In this document: in pieces, positions 51,740 through 62,308 of the stretch
How the letters are laid out: the number at the start of each line of letters is the position of its first letter
How positions within the stretch are numbered: the first letter of the stretch is position 1
From: an uncultured bacterium
Lineage (GTDB): Bacteria > Desulfobacterota_D > UBA1144 > Nemesobacterales > UBA2774
Reading direction: 5' to 3'
Length of the DNA stretch: 64,000 bases
Assembly: GCA_963705505.1 (NCBI GenBank)
Contig: CAVPJU010000001.1
Coordinates: forward strand, 257,678 to 321,677
The notes under the pieces: generated by a model
Databases searched by the model: none
What the model was told of the DNA's origin: nothing
What the model saw: only the letters and a program-made list of their open reading frames with translations
Made by a program: the position numbers and the translations under genes

Positions 51740-52450
51740 TTACGAATTAATTATCTCGCCGCTCTTTATCAATATTATTCTGTCGGTCAATTCTTCCATC
51801 CTTTGTTTATTGTGCGAGACGATGACTATTGTTTTTTTGTTTTTTATTAAGTCTTTTATCTTGTTTATGCACTTCACCTGGAATGATTCGTCACCCACTG
51901 CAAGTACCTCGTCTATCAATATTATGTCCGCGCTGCTGTGAATTGCAATCGAAAAGCCGAGCCTGGCATTCATTCCGTCTGAATATTTTTTGACCGGCAT
52001 ATCGATAAATTTTTCTTCTATATCCGAAAAATCTATAATGCTCTGGATCTTCTCTTTGATTTCTTTGATCGACATCCCGATTATCGTGCCGTTTGTGTAT
52101 ATATTTTCCCTCCCGGTCAGGTCGGGGTGGAACCCTGCGCCGACCGAGATCATGGGCGCTACTCTGCCCCCGACTCCGACTTCCCCCAGGTTAGGGTACG
52201 TGACGAACGCTATGAGCTTTAATATAGTCGTCTTCCCCGCCCCGTTCGGGCCGTAGAGACCCACGCACTCCCCCCTCTTAATGGAGATATTGATCCCCTT
52301 TAATGCCCAGAACTCCCCTTCCGAAAGCGTGTCTCTTTCGCTCCTTCTGAATATTTCCGAAATCTCCTCCCTGAGAGACTTGTGGAATAGGTCTCTCGTC
52401 GAGTATTTCTTCCACACATCCTTAAACTCTATGATTCCGTCAGATGACAT
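51740..52450 (-). CDS. wzt: Polysaccharide ABC exporter ATP-binding subunit (Wzt-like)
   Basis: FWALKGI, GPNGAGKT, GAGFHPDLTGREN, DEVLAVGD. Confidence 0.88.
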   Translation of the reverse strand: MSSDGIIEFKDVWKKYSTRDLFHKSLREEISEIFRRSERDTLSEGEFWALKGINISIKRGECVGLYGPNGAGKTTILKLIAFVTYPNLGEVGVGGRVAPMISVGAGFHPDLTGRENIYTNGTIIGMSIKEIKEKIQSIIDFSDIEEKFIDMPVKKYSDGMNARLGFSIAIHSSADIILIDEVLAVGDESFQVKCINKIKDLIKNKKTIVIVSHNKQRMEELTDRIILIKSGEIINS

Positions 52451-53213
52451 CTGCAAAGTCCCGCTCGGTTTTTATAAAAAATTTGTAACAGAGGTAATAA
52501 AAGACAGCCACGATAATGCTCACGAAAATAAACTGCCACAATATTACTCCCCGCCCCTCGATGAGACATCTCCTCATGTTTTCTATTATGAAAGTCAGGG
52601 GATTGAAAAAAAGTATCAGCTTGAATTTCAGGCTCAGATCGTCGATGGAGTAGAGCACGGGCGATGCAAAGAAAAGGAGCTGTATCAGAAACCCCGTCGC
52701 TAGTTTAACATCCCTGTAATAAACGTTCAGGCTCGACAGGAGCAGCGACATCGACAGAGTAAAGAAAAATAATAACACGAGAAGGGGCAGCATCCAGAGT
52801 ATGTGATACGTAATGTGGATGTGATAGATAATCAGCATGGGTATAAAGATCGCGGATGCGATTAAGTAGTCGAGAAACGCCATTACTATGCCGGACAAAG
52901 GGAGTATCTCCCTCGGGAAATATATCTTCGTGATGAGGAAATAATTTCCCGTGAGGCTTGTGAGAGAGAAATTCACGGATGTGGAGAAAAAGGCCCACGG
53001 CAGGAGCCCCGAGTAAAAAAATACGGCTTTGGGGTAGTCCGAAACCGTCGCCCTGATGAGGTACGTAAAGACGAACGTAAAGAGGAGCATCATGCTCAAG
53101 GGCTGAATTACGGCCCATAGAATGCCGATGAAGGATTGACGGTACCTGATATTGAATTCCCGCCATACATTGATATAAAAGAGGTCTTTATAGGGTAAGA
53201 GTCTTTTAATCAT
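52440..53213 (-). CDS. wzm: Polysaccharide ABC exporter permease (Wzm-like)
   Basis: RYRQSFIGILWAVIQP, LITKIYFPRE, NVYYRD, FASPVLY. Confidence 0.88.
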   Translation of the reverse strand: MIKRLLPYKDLFYINVWREFNIRYRQSFIGILWAVIQPLSMMLLFTFVFTYLIRATVSDYPKAVFFYSGLLPWAFFSTSVNFSLTSLTGNYFLITKIYFPREILPLSGIVMAFLDYLIASAIFIPMLIIYHIHITYHILWMLPLLVLLFFFTLSMSLLLSSLNVYYRDVKLATGFLIQLLFFASPVLYSIDDLSLKFKLILFFNPLTFIIENMRRCLIEGRGVILWQFIFVSIIVAVFYYLCYKFFIKTERDFADVI

Positions 53214-53248
53214 GGATTATCATATGCCTGCTTCGGGTCAGAAGGGTT

Positions 53249-54154
53249 TTAATTATACTCGATTTTCTTGCCGACTATCGAATACAGGATACCGAGCACA
53301 AAACCGAGGCTGAATTTCCCCTGCATCCTGTATTTCGTACTTAAGGGGAATATTAGCTTCGGAATGTACCTGGATCCGTTAAGCAGCAGCATGAGCCATA
53401 TTACGAACGGGTATCTGTTTTTAAGCTTCGCGAAGGATGCTCCGACCGCAGCCGCCTTGTTCATGCTGCCTGAGATAAGAGGCGGATGCATATAAGCTGC
53501 CGCCTTGGAGTGCACGACCTTTTTGTCAGCCGCAGCCAGCCTTACGGCAAACTCGACGTCCTCCTGCCCTATCATGTCAGCATTAAAGCCCCTCAAATCC
53601 CTGAGCGTCTCCCTACTGTAAGCCATGCACCTGTTCGTGGGGAAGTAGGGGTCGTGAAAGCTGTACTTCCCTTCGATAAGGCAATAGCTCGCGCTCCCGT
53701 ACGGAATTATCGCGTCTGCAGCCCCATCCTCGAACTCGCTCATCAATTTTGAAATGAATCCCCTGTCCATAATCACCGTGTCGTCATCGAGGAATAGAAT
53801 GTATTTCCCTTTAGCCTTGCAGAGACCGAAATTCCTCGCATAACCCATAGCGCCGAAATTCTTGTCGAGTCCGAAATACCTGAGATTCATCGAGGGCTCG
53901 AATTCCCTGACTATTACTTTCCCCGCCTCCGTCCCCCCCCGGTCCTCGACCAGGATCACCTCGAATTTATCTTTGGCGTAATCCTGCTGCGCAAGGCTTG
54001 TCAGTATGCCCCGGAGGAGCTTAACCCTGCCGTAGAAGTTGATAACGCATGAAATGCCGCAGGAAGGATCGCCGTCCCCTATCTCGGCATCGCCTTTTAA
54101 CGGGAAAGGGAATAATTTATAAGCAGCGGCTAATACTCTCGGCCTAATATCCAT
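53249..54154 (-). CDS. Glycosyltransferase family 2
   Basis: ISCVINFY, ARNFGL, FLDDD, QEDVE; start at 54154 because the upstream extension overlaps the macro gene. Confidence 0.85.
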   Translation of the reverse strand: MDIRPRVLAAAYKLFPFPLKGDAEIGDGDPSCGISCVINFYGRVKLLRGILTSLAQQDYAKDKFEVILVEDRGGTEAGKVIVREFEPSMNLRYFGLDKNFGAMGYARNFGLCKAKGKYILFLDDDTVIMDRGFISKLMSEFEDGAADAIIPYGSASYCLIEGKYSFHDPYFPTNRCMAYSRETLRDLRGFNADMIGQEDVEFAVRLAAADKKVVHSKAAAYMHPPLISGSMNKAAAVGASFAKLKNRYPFVIWLMLLLNGSRYIPKLIFPLSTKYRMQGKFSLGFVLGILYSIVGKKIEYN

Positions 54155-54233
54155 TAGATTGTTGAGGCATTTGAGGTTATAGATTAAATTAGTAGTTTTA
54201 TCGATATAAATGTCAAGTGGTCTCAGGAGAATC

Positions 54234-54761
54234 ATGGGCGCGGATGCGAGTATAGCGGTCGTAAAGGGCGACATTACGGAAATGGAGGTCGACGCGATCG
54301 TGAACGCCGCTAACACCCGACTCGTACTCGGCAGCGGTGTCGCGGGCGCGATAAGAAAAAAAGGGGGCCCTGCGATACAGGCTGAATGCGATGCTCTTGG
54401 CCCTATAGCGCTTGGAGAGGCTGCGGTCACCACGGGCGGAGCGCTCAAAGCCCGTTATGTCATACACGCAGCCGGTATACACCCGGGAGGGAGTGTCGGC
54501 AGGGATTCACTCGTTAACACAACAGTAAATAGTCTAATTAGGGCGGATGAGAGGCGGCTCAGAACGATTGCGTTTCCTGCAATAGGAACGGGTGTGGGCG
54601 GGTTTCCCATGGAGGAGTGCGCGGAGATAATGATCGAGGCGGTATCGGAATATCTTGAAATGGCAAATACCTCGGTCGAAAAGGTATTCTTTGTTCTATT
54701 CGACGACCCTGCGTACCGGGTTTTCGAAAAGGTGCTGAATGCAAGGTCGGCTGTAAAATAA
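54234..54761 (+). CDS. Macro domain protein
   Basis: GDIT, DAIVNAAN, GSGVAGAI, IAFPAIGTG. Confidence 0.92.
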   Translation: MGADASIAVVKGDITEMEVDAIVNAANTRLVLGSGVAGAIRKKGGPAIQAECDALGPIALGEAAVTTGGALKARYVIHAAGIHPGGSVGRDSLVNTTVNSLIRADERRLRTIAFPAIGTGVGGFPMEECAEIMIEAVSEYLEMANTSVEKVFFVLFDDPAYRVFEKVLNARSAVK

Positions 54762-54765
54762 AAAT

Positions 54766-55371
54766 ATGGAACTTCGGGCGCAAAACAATACTGTCAATGA
54801 ATTAGAGGAGCTTTTAAGGTCCAGGAATCCCGTAAAGATAACGGAAGCCGGGGATTTTGTTCACGCGGCGGTAATGATGATACTGGGCGGGAATCCGGAC
54901 AGCCTATCCATGCTCTTCATCAAAAGACCGGAGAGCGATATCGACGCTTTCTCGGGGCATATGGCGTTTCCCGGCGGAAAGATGAAGGAAGAGGATAAAG
55001 ACAAGCTCGACACCGCCATACGCGAGACATACGAGGAGGTAGGCGTCGATCTCTATACGAGCGGCCGTGTAATCGGGGAGCTCGACGACATTAATCCGAA
55101 TAACCCACGGGCGAATAACTATATAGTCACGCCGTACCTGTCCATGCTCAAGGAGGAGGTCTTGATAAGACCGAATCTCTATGAGGTTGAGGCCGCCGTC
55201 TGGGTCCCTATGAAACACTTAAAGGATGAACGAAACTTTAAAATACGGTTCAGGGAAAGGAATGGGAAATTGGTCGAAGACTACGTTTATAGCTTTGAGC
55301 AATACATAATATGGGGCATGACCGGCAGGATACTCCACCGGTTCCTTTCGTTCTCCTCGCATCTTTTCTGA
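54766..55371 (+). CDS. Nudix hydrolase, CoA pyrophosphatase type
   Basis: SGHMAFPGG...[15 protein letters not shown]. Confidence 0.88.
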   Translation: MELRAQNNTVNELEELLRSRNPVKITEAGDFVHAAVMMILGGNPDSLSMLFIKRPESDIDAFSGHMAFPGGKMKEEDKDKLDTAIRETYEEVGVDLYTSGRVIGELDDINPNNPRANNYIVTPYLSMLKEEVLIRPNLYEVEAAVWVPMKHLKDERNFKIRFRERNGKLVEDYVYSFEQYIIWGMTGRILHRFLSFSSHLF

Positions 55372-55441
55372 TTTCTGGATTTTCATACCCTCTAATGATA
55401 GAATTCAGACTTGGATATATAATGTAGACAGGGAGATAATA

Positions 55442-55873
55442 ATGAGGGGAGTTAATAAGGTCATATTGATCGGCAACTTGGGCCGCGACCCGGAAATAAG
55501 ATACACAACGAGCGGCCAGGCGGTGGCAAATTTTACAATAGCTACGACCGAAGGGCATACGAATAAGGATGGCGAAAAACAGGAATATACCGAATGGCAC
55601 CGCATAGTTGCGTGGGGGAGATTGGCTGAGATTTGCGGGGAGTACTTGTCTAAGGGAAAGATGATTTATGTGGAAGGCTCCATAAGGACCCGTTCGTGGG
55701 AGGACAAAGAGGGCAAAACGAGATATACAACCGAAATAATAGCGAAAAACATGCAGATGCTGAGTCCGGTCGGCGGCAAGCCGGAGCCTTCTTCAGGGCA
55801 CGATGACCGGGTGCCGGATGACTTCGAGATTGATGAAGATTCCTTCAGTTCGGATGACGATATCCCGTTTTAA
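55442..55873 (+). CDS. ssb: Single-stranded DNA-binding protein
   Basis: [21 protein letters not shown]-terminal DDDIPF. Confidence 0.97.
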   Translation: MRGVNKVILIGNLGRDPEIRYTTSGQAVANFTIATTEGHTNKDGEKQEYTEWHRIVAWGRLAEICGEYLSKGKMIYVEGSIRTRSWEDKEGKTRYTTEIIAKNMQMLSPVGGKPEPSSGHDDRVPDDFEIDEDSFSSDDDIPF

Positions 55874-55965
55874 AGTCGCGGTACCCGCCGGTTGAAGGAA
55901 GTGACCTTCCGTTTCTAATAATAACGCATACGAGCCCGGTATTAATGCCGGAATCTGAATAGATT

Positions 55966-56322
55966 ATGATTAAAACTAATATTAAAAGGGTTGAAAAACC
56001 GTGGGGTTATGAATTATGGTGGGCCCATACCGACAAATACGTCGGGAAAATCCTCCATATTAACAAAGGCGAGAGCCTTAGTTATCAGTACCACGAGATA
56101 AAGGACGAATCGCTCTATCTATACAGCGGAAAAATGATGATGGATATCGAGGAAGATGGAGGAGAGAGGGAAACAGTAACGCTCTCTCCCGGGGGTTCCG
56201 TCAGAATAAGGCCGTATACGAAGCACAGGATGACTGCTCTTGAGGATTGCGATGTATTAGAGGTATCGACTCCCGAAATCGATGATATAGTTAGGATTGA
56301 AGACAGATACGGGAGGGTATGA
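55966..56322 (+). CDS. Cupin domain protein
   Basis: KPWG, SYQYH..KDE, HR, EVST. Confidence 0.85.
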   Translation: MIKTNIKRVEKPWGYELWWAHTDKYVGKILHINKGESLSYQYHEIKDESLYLYSGKMMMDIEEDGGERETVTLSPGGSVRIRPYTKHRMTALEDCDVLEVSTPEIDDIVRIEDRYGRV

Positions 56323-56331
56323 TAAATCGAT

Positions 56332-57717
56332 ATGAGCATTGCAGCAGTCGTTCTTGCCGCCGGTATCGGTAAGAGGATGAAATCGAGAGTCCCCAAAGTA
56401 CTGCACCCGGTCCTGGGGAAGCCCATGCTGAGCTATGTTATAGACGCGGTAAGGGGCGTTTCACCGGCAAAAATAGTCGTGGTCCTGGGCCGCGGCAGGG
56501 ATGACGTAAAAAAGTCGGTGGACTCGAAAGGCATTATCTTCGTCGAGCAGGGAGTGCAGCTCGGGACAGGTCATGCCGCGAACTGCGCCCGGAAAGAGCT
56601 CGGCGGTTTTAGAGGCGATATACTGGTTCTGAACGGCGACTTCCCGCTTATAACTTCACAGTCCCTTAAAAGCCTTGTAAAAAAGCACGAAAGCGAAAAA
56701 GCCGATATTTCAATTCTCACTGCCCGTCTTCAGGACCCATTCGGTTACGGAAGGGTGCTCAGGAATAATAAAGGCGAAATTGAGAGCATCGTCGAAGAGA
56801 GGGACGCTTCTCCCGAAGAAAGGAAAATTAATGAGATAAATTCCGGCACTTATTGCGTGAAATCTGGCTTTCTCTGGGAAGCTCTCAATGGTGTGGGCTC
56901 CGGAAATAAACAAAAGGAATACTACCTTACCGACATAATCGGAATAGCGAGAAAAAAATCACGGAAGATCTCAGGAGTGGTGGCCCGGGACAGCAATGAG
57001 GTCGTGGGTGTAAACGATAGGGCGCAGCTCTCCGAGGTCGAAGCTCTTCTCAGGAAAAGGATTAACGATACCCTCATGCGGGCAGGCGTGACATTGATCG
57101 ATCCGGGTAAAACGTATATATCGCCCGACGCCAGGATCGGTACCGACACCGTGATATACCCGAATTCCTATATTTACGGTAAGACCGTTATTGGCCGGGG
57201 ATGCTCGATAGGCCCCGGTGCGTGGATCGAAGACTCCGTGCTCGGAAACGGCGTTACAATAAAACTTTCTTCCTACATCTCGAAATCTCTCATAAGGGAC
57301 GATGTTACTGTCGGTCCCTTCGCCCACATTCGCCCCGATGTGGAAATAATGGAGGGCGCAAAGATAGGGAATTTCGTCGAGATAAAAAAGTCCAGGATCG
57401 GCAGGGGATCAAAAGTTCCCCATTTGTCCTACATCGGAGACGCGGTCATCGGGAAGGATGTCAATATAGGAGCTGGGAGCATTACCTGCAACTACGACGG
57501 ATACAAAAAGCACGAGACCGTCATCGCGGACGGGGTGTTTATAGGCAGCGACACGATGCTTGTAGCCCCGCTCAAGGTCGGCAAGGGCGCGACCACCGGT
57601 GCGGGCTCGACTATTACGAAAGACGTGCCGGAAGGCGCCCTCGCAATCGGCAGGGCCAGACAAACGGTAATTGAGAACTGGAATAGGAAACCAAGAGAGA
57701 GGAAAGTTAAGAAATAA
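56332..57717 (+). CDS. glmU: Bifunctional UDP-GlcNAc pyrophosphorylase / GlcN-1-P acetyltransferase
   Basis: LAAGIGKRMKS, QLGTGHA, GNFVEIKK, HLSYIGD, TCNYDG. Confidence 0.96.
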   Translation: MSIAAVVLAAGIGKRMKSRVPKVLHPVLGKPMLSYVIDAVRGVSPAKIVVVLGRGRDDVKKSVDSKGIIFVEQGVQLGTGHAANCARKELGGFRGDILVLNGDFPLITSQSLKSLVKKHESEKADISILTARLQDPFGYGRVLRNNKGEIESIVEERDASPEERKINEINSGTYCVKSGFLWEALNGVGSGNKQKEYYLTDIIGIARKKSRKISGVVARDSNEVVGVNDRAQLSEVEALLRKRINDTLMRAGVTLIDPGKTYISPDARIGTDTVIYPNSYIYGKTVIGRGCSIGPGAWIEDSVLGNGVTIKLSSYISKSLIRDDVTVGPFAHIRPDVEIMEGAKIGNFVEIKKSRIGRGSKVPHLSYIGDAVIGKDVNIGAGSITCNYDGYKKHETVIADGVFIGSDTMLVAPLKVGKGATTGAGSTITKDVPEGALAIGRARQTVIENWNRKPRERKVKK

Positions 57718-59550
57718 ATGTGCGGAATAGTCGGTTACGTCGGCAATCAGAAGAAAACCGTCAATGTGCTCATGGAGGGCCTGACGAGGCTTGAGTACCG
57801 GGGCTACGATTCGTCCGGGATTGCTCTCATGGAGGACGGACGCCCGAGGGTATTCAGGAGCACGGGGAAACTCGCCAATCTCAGGAAGAAACTGAGCAAA
57901 TACTCGCTCGAGGGCCTGCTCGGTATAGGTCACACCAGATGGGCGACGCACGGCGTCGCGACCGAAAAGAACGCCCATCCCCATTCCTCGGGCGGCACAT
58001 CGGTGGTTCACAACGGAATTATCGAGAATTATTCCGAGCTCAAGGAAGAGCTCATCAAGAAGGGGTACAAATTCAGTTCGGATACCGACACCGAGGTGCT
58101 GGCGCATTTGATAGAGGATTATTCGAACGGCGGTCTTTCCTTCGAAGAGGCGTTCAGGGCTGCTTTCAGGAGGGTCGAGGGATCGTACGCGGTGGCGGCC
58201 ATATCCGAGAGAGACCCTGACAAGCTAATAGCTACGAGAAAGTTCTCGCCCCTCATAGTCGCAGTCGGGGATCACGAGAATTATCTGGCATCCGACGTGC
58301 CCGCGGTCCTGCCGTTCTGCAGGAACGTGATCTTTTTAGAGGACGGTGATGTGGCCATACTCGAGAGGGAGCGCGTGAGGGTAACGGACCTGGAGGGGGA
58401 CCCTGTCGCGCGGAGAGTCCAGGAGATCAATTGGGACCCCGTTTCAGTCGAAAAATGCGGCTACCGTCATTATATGTTAAAAGAGATATACGAGCAGCCG
58501 CAGGCGGTGCTGGACACAATGCGCGGCAGGTTTTCGGAAGAGTCGGGCGAGGTATTTTTTGACGGTTTGGACGCCTCTCATTATCAAAAAATCAAGCGTA
58601 TAATTGTTCTCGCATGCGGTACTTCTTACCACGCCTCGCTCATCGGCAAGTATATGATCGAAACTATCGCCAAGCTCCCCGTCCAGGTGGAGATAGCGTC
58701 CGAGTTCCGTTACAGGAACCCGATCATCGACAGCGACACCCTTGCCATCGCCGTATCCCAGTCGGGAGAGACGGCGGATACATCGGAAGCGCTCTCTGAG
58801 GCAAAATCGAAGGGGGCTATGACACTCGGCATAACGAACGTCTTGATGAGCAAGATAGCGAGGGATTCCGATAACGTGATCTACACGCATGCGGGACCGG
58901 AGATAGGCGTCGCCTCGACGAAGGCATTCACAACCCAGCTTATTGTATTTTTCTTCCTGTCTATCTTCCTCGGCAGAATTAAGAAGCGGCTGAGCAGGAA
59001 AGAGGCTCTCGGATTCCTGAAAGACGCGATAAGGATACCCCAGCTCATCCAGATGACGCTCGGGCTCGATGACGATATGAAAGAGCTGGCGAAGGATTTT
59101 TTCCAGTACAGGAATTTCCTCTATCTGGGCAGAGGAATAAGCCATCCCGTTGCGTACGAGGGCGCGTTGAAGCTGAAAGAGGTGTCATATATACACGCTG
59201 AAGGTTATGCCGCCGGCGAGATGAAGCACGGCCCGATAGCACTGATAGACGAAGACATGCCCGTCATATTGATAGCTCCCAACGACGGTATTACTTACAA
59301 GAAGATTCTGGGCAACCTGCAGGAAGTCAGAGCCCGTAGAGGTAAGGTGATTTTCCTCACCTCCGATACTTCGGCCGATGAACTCAGGGGCAATGTGGAC
59401 CGGCTCATTGAATTCCCGGAGAGCAACTATCTCCTGAGTCCCATAATCTCCGTAATCCCTCTTCAGCTCCTTGCATACCATATAGCAGTATTGAAAGGGA
59501 CCGATGTCGACCAGCCGAGGAACCTGGCGAAGGTCGTCACTGTCGAGTAA
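57718..59550 (+). CDS. glmS: Glutamine--fructose-6-phosphate transaminase
   Basis: MCGIVG, GHTRWATHG, SQSGETAD, DQPRNLAK. Confidence 0.97.
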   Translation: MCGIVGYVGNQKKTVNVLMEGLTRLEYRGYDSSGIALMEDGRPRVFRSTGKLANLRKKLSKYSLEGLLGIGHTRWATHGVATEKNAHPHSSGGTSVVHNGIIENYSELKEELIKKGYKFSSDTDTEVLAHLIEDYSNGGLSFEEAFRAAFRRVEGSYAVAAISERDPDKLIATRKFSPLIVAVGDHENYLASDVPAVLPFCRNVIFLEDGDVAILERERVRVTDLEGDPVARRVQEINWDPVSVEKCGYRHYMLKEIYEQPQAVLDTMRGRFSEESGEVFFDGLDASHYQKIKRIIVLACGTSYHASLIGKYMIETIAKLPVQVEIASEFRYRNPIIDSDTLAIAVSQSGETADTSEALSEAKSKGAMTLGITNVLMSKIARDSDNVIYTHAGPEIGVASTKAFTTQLIVFFFLSIFLGRIKKRLSRKEALGFLKDAIRIPQLIQMTLGLDDDMKELAKDFFQYRNFLYLGRGISHPVAYEGALKLKEVSYIHAEGYAAGEMKHGPIALIDEDMPVILIAPNDGITYKKILGNLQEVRARRGKVIFLTSDTSADELRGNVDRLIEFPESNYLLSPIISVIPLQLLAYHIAVLKGTDVDQPRNLAKVVTVE

Positions 59551-59709
59551 CCCGATAATCGGTTAAACTGTACAGTCGAAAATCATATTTGCGGAAAGCC
59601 CTCTCTCCTGAGATTGATAGTTTATATCTCATTTTCAAACGCGATAATATCTGGTAAGTTTAGGGGCTTCTTGCGGTATTAAACCCTAAATCAAGAGGTT
59701 GACTACTAA

Positions 59710-61028
59710 ATGAAAGTGCTCGTTGTCGGCAGCGGCGGCAGAGAACACGCCTTGTGCTGGAAAATAAGGCAGAGTCCTCTCGTGAAAACTCTTTACTGCG
59801 CTCCGGGTAATCCCGGGATCGCCAGGCAGGCCGAGTGCGTCGATATTAAGATTTCCGATATAGAGGGACTCCTCAGGTTTGCGAGGGCCGAAGAAATTGA
59901 TCTCACAGTCGTAGGACCGGAGTTCCCGCTCTCTCTCGGTATCGCCGATAGATTTAACGAGGAGGGGCTCGCTATTTTCGGCCCGACGAGAGCCGCATCC
60001 GAGATCGAAACGAGCAAGGTGTTTTCAAAGAACCTGATGAAGAAGTACGGGATACCCACCGCTTTTTTCTCGACGTTCGATGATTTTAAGGAAGCGCTGG
60101 AATGGGTTAAGGAGGTAAAGCCTCCGCTGGTAATCAAGGCAGACGGTCTGGCCTCGGGGAAAGGCGTATTCATATGCCGGACGGAGGCGGAGGCCGCTGA
60201 AGTGCTGGATGATATAATGAGGCGTAAAATCTTCGGGGATTCTGGGGACAGGGTCGTCATAGAGGAGTTTCTTTCAGGCGAGGAGGCTTCATTTTTCGCC
60301 GTTTCAGACGGCAGGAACGTAATCCCTCTCGAATCGTGCCAGGACCATAAGGCCCTCCTCGACGGGGACCGGGGTCCCAATACGGGAGGTATGGGTGCTT
60401 ACTCTCCGGCCCCCGTAATCACTCCCGACCTCACGGATGAGATTATGCGCAGGATCATAATACCAACGGTCAACGCGCTCAAAGAAGAAGGGAGAGAGTA
60501 CAGGGGGGTACTCTACGCCGGGCTCATGGTCGAAGGCTCGGAGCCCAGGGTTCTGGAATATAACTGTAGATTTGGGGATTACCCGAAACGCAGCCCCTCA
60601 TGATGAGGATGGATTCCGATGTAGTGCCGATCCTATCGGCTGTTGCCGGAAAAGGTCTTTCGGTAGAGACGATTAAGTGGAAGGACGAGGCCTCTGTCTG
60701 CGTGGTCCTCGCCTCGAAGGGATATCCGGGGGACTATAAAAAAGGGGCACTTATTATGGGGCTTGATAATGTGGACGATATGGACAACGTCGTTGCATTT
60801 CACTCGGGCACATCCGCGGATAACGGCAATGTAGTTACTGACGGGGGCAGAGTGCTCGGTATTACGGCCCTCGGACGGACCATACCGGATGCAATAAACC
60901 TTGCGTATAAGGCGGTTGGGAAGGTAGACTGTGACTCTCTATACTACAGGACGGATATAGGCAAGAAGGCGCTTCGGCATGTCCTGCTCGGGGAGCCTGT
61001 AAGCCGTTTAAAGAGCAAGGAGGTTTAG
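59710..61028 (+). CDS. purD: Phosphoribosylamine--glycine ligase (frameshift near 60580, probably artefact)
   Basis: GSGGREHA, KADGLASGKGV, GPNTGGMG; FGD|PETQP restored by removing 2 nt. Confidence 0.92.
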
Positions 61029-61030
61029 TT

Positions 61031-61346
61031 ATGTCTGAAATATGGTATCTCGCTGTTGATACGGAATCGCTTGAGGGGATTGTGCCCGTGTACGAGCGGC
61101 CCCTCCGGGACTCTATCGAACTCCTCGAGCTCACTCCCGCGAAGTGGGAGTGCGGCCCGGATGAGACTCCCAAGCTCAAGACCGGAGATCCCGCTCGTGG
61201 ACCAGAGCGGATACGTCTATGTGATGATGAGGGTGGCTGGCAGCGAGACAGAGACTTATGAGGATAAGAGGTGGAAGCCCGGATGGTATAAATCCTCCCT
61301 CACGATCGTCGGAGTTGAGAAAAATCTAAGGAAAAAAGCTAAATAA
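61031..61346 (+). CDS. Hypothetical protein (two frames likely joined near 61190)
   Basis: GGAGG RBS before ATG 61031; overlapping ORFs in an error-rich stretch. Confidence 0.5.
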
Positions 61347-61361
61347 TTTAGTCTTGTTGTC

Positions 61362-61391
61362 TTGACATAGGTCTTCTTTTCTGGATATATT
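61362..61391 (+). promoter_or_regulatory. sigma70 promoter of str operon
   Basis: TTGACA, 18 bp, TATATT upstream of rpsL. Confidence 0.55.
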
Positions 61392-61424
61392 ACTTGGATT
61401 ACCTTTTTATGGAGATAAGTATTC

Positions 61425-61797
61425 GTGCCTACTATTAGTCAGTTGGTAAAAGATGGAAGAAAAAGGGCTAAAAGAAAGAGTAAGCCCCGGCATTACAGAA
61501 TTGCCCTCAGCGCAGAGGGGTGTGCGTAAGGGTTTATACCACTACCCCCAAAAAGCCTAATTCCGCGTTAAGAAAAGTCGCGCGAATCAGGTTGACAAAC
61601 GGAATCGAGGTCACGGGTTATATACCGGGTGAAGGTCATACACTGCAGGAACACTCCGTAATACTGGTAAGAGGCGGAAGGGTAAAGGACCTGCCGGGTG
61701 TCAAATCTACCATATCGTAAGAGGTACTCTGGACTCGACGGGTGTGGCTAACAGAAGACAGAGCCGTTCGAAGTACGGGGCTAAAAAGCCCAAATAA
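61425..61797 (+). CDS. rpsL: 30S ribosomal protein S12 (frameshifted in this sequence)
   Basis: [40 protein letters not shown]. Confidence 0.95.
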
Positions 61798-61815
61798 TCA
61801 AAGGGAATAATCAAT

Positions 61816-62288
61816 ATGCCTAGGAAGGGATCAGTTTCTAAGAGAAAAGTTTCCCGTCGATCCCAAGTTTGGTGATTTGACGGTCGCGAAGTTCATCAAC
61901 TCTCTCATGCACGAGGGTAAGAAGAGCAAGGCGGAAATGATACTCGACGGTTCGCTGAAGCTCATTGCCGAAAAGACGGGGAAGGGATCCCCTCGAGGTT
62001 TTCAATACGGCAATGGACAACGTAAAGCCGGGGATCGAGGTCAGACCTCGCAGGGTCGGCGGCGCCACGTATCAGGTGCCGATGGAAGTGAGTTCCTTCA
62101 GGAAGCAGTCACTTGCCGTTAGATGGATTCTTTCCTCGGCAAGGAAAAGAGACGGGAAGTCCATGATCGACAAGCTGACGGGTGAATTGCTGGACGCTTC
62201 GGAAGGTCGCGGCGGCGCTATAAAAAAGAGGGAAGATACCCATAAGATGGCTGACGCCAACAGGGCGTTCGCCGATTACAGGTGGTAA
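61816..62288 (+). CDS. rpsG: 30S ribosomal protein S7 (frameshifted in this sequence)
   Basis: [36 protein letters not shown]. Confidence 0.95.
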
Positions 62289-62308
62289 TCAACTGCGGAG
62301 GGGTAATT

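Noticed and set aside
54155..54448. N-terminal extension of the GT2 ORF
   Set aside because: Antisense to the macro domain gene; real start likely 54154
57700..57720. glmS ribozyme
   Set aside because: glmU stop abuts glmS start; no room for a leader
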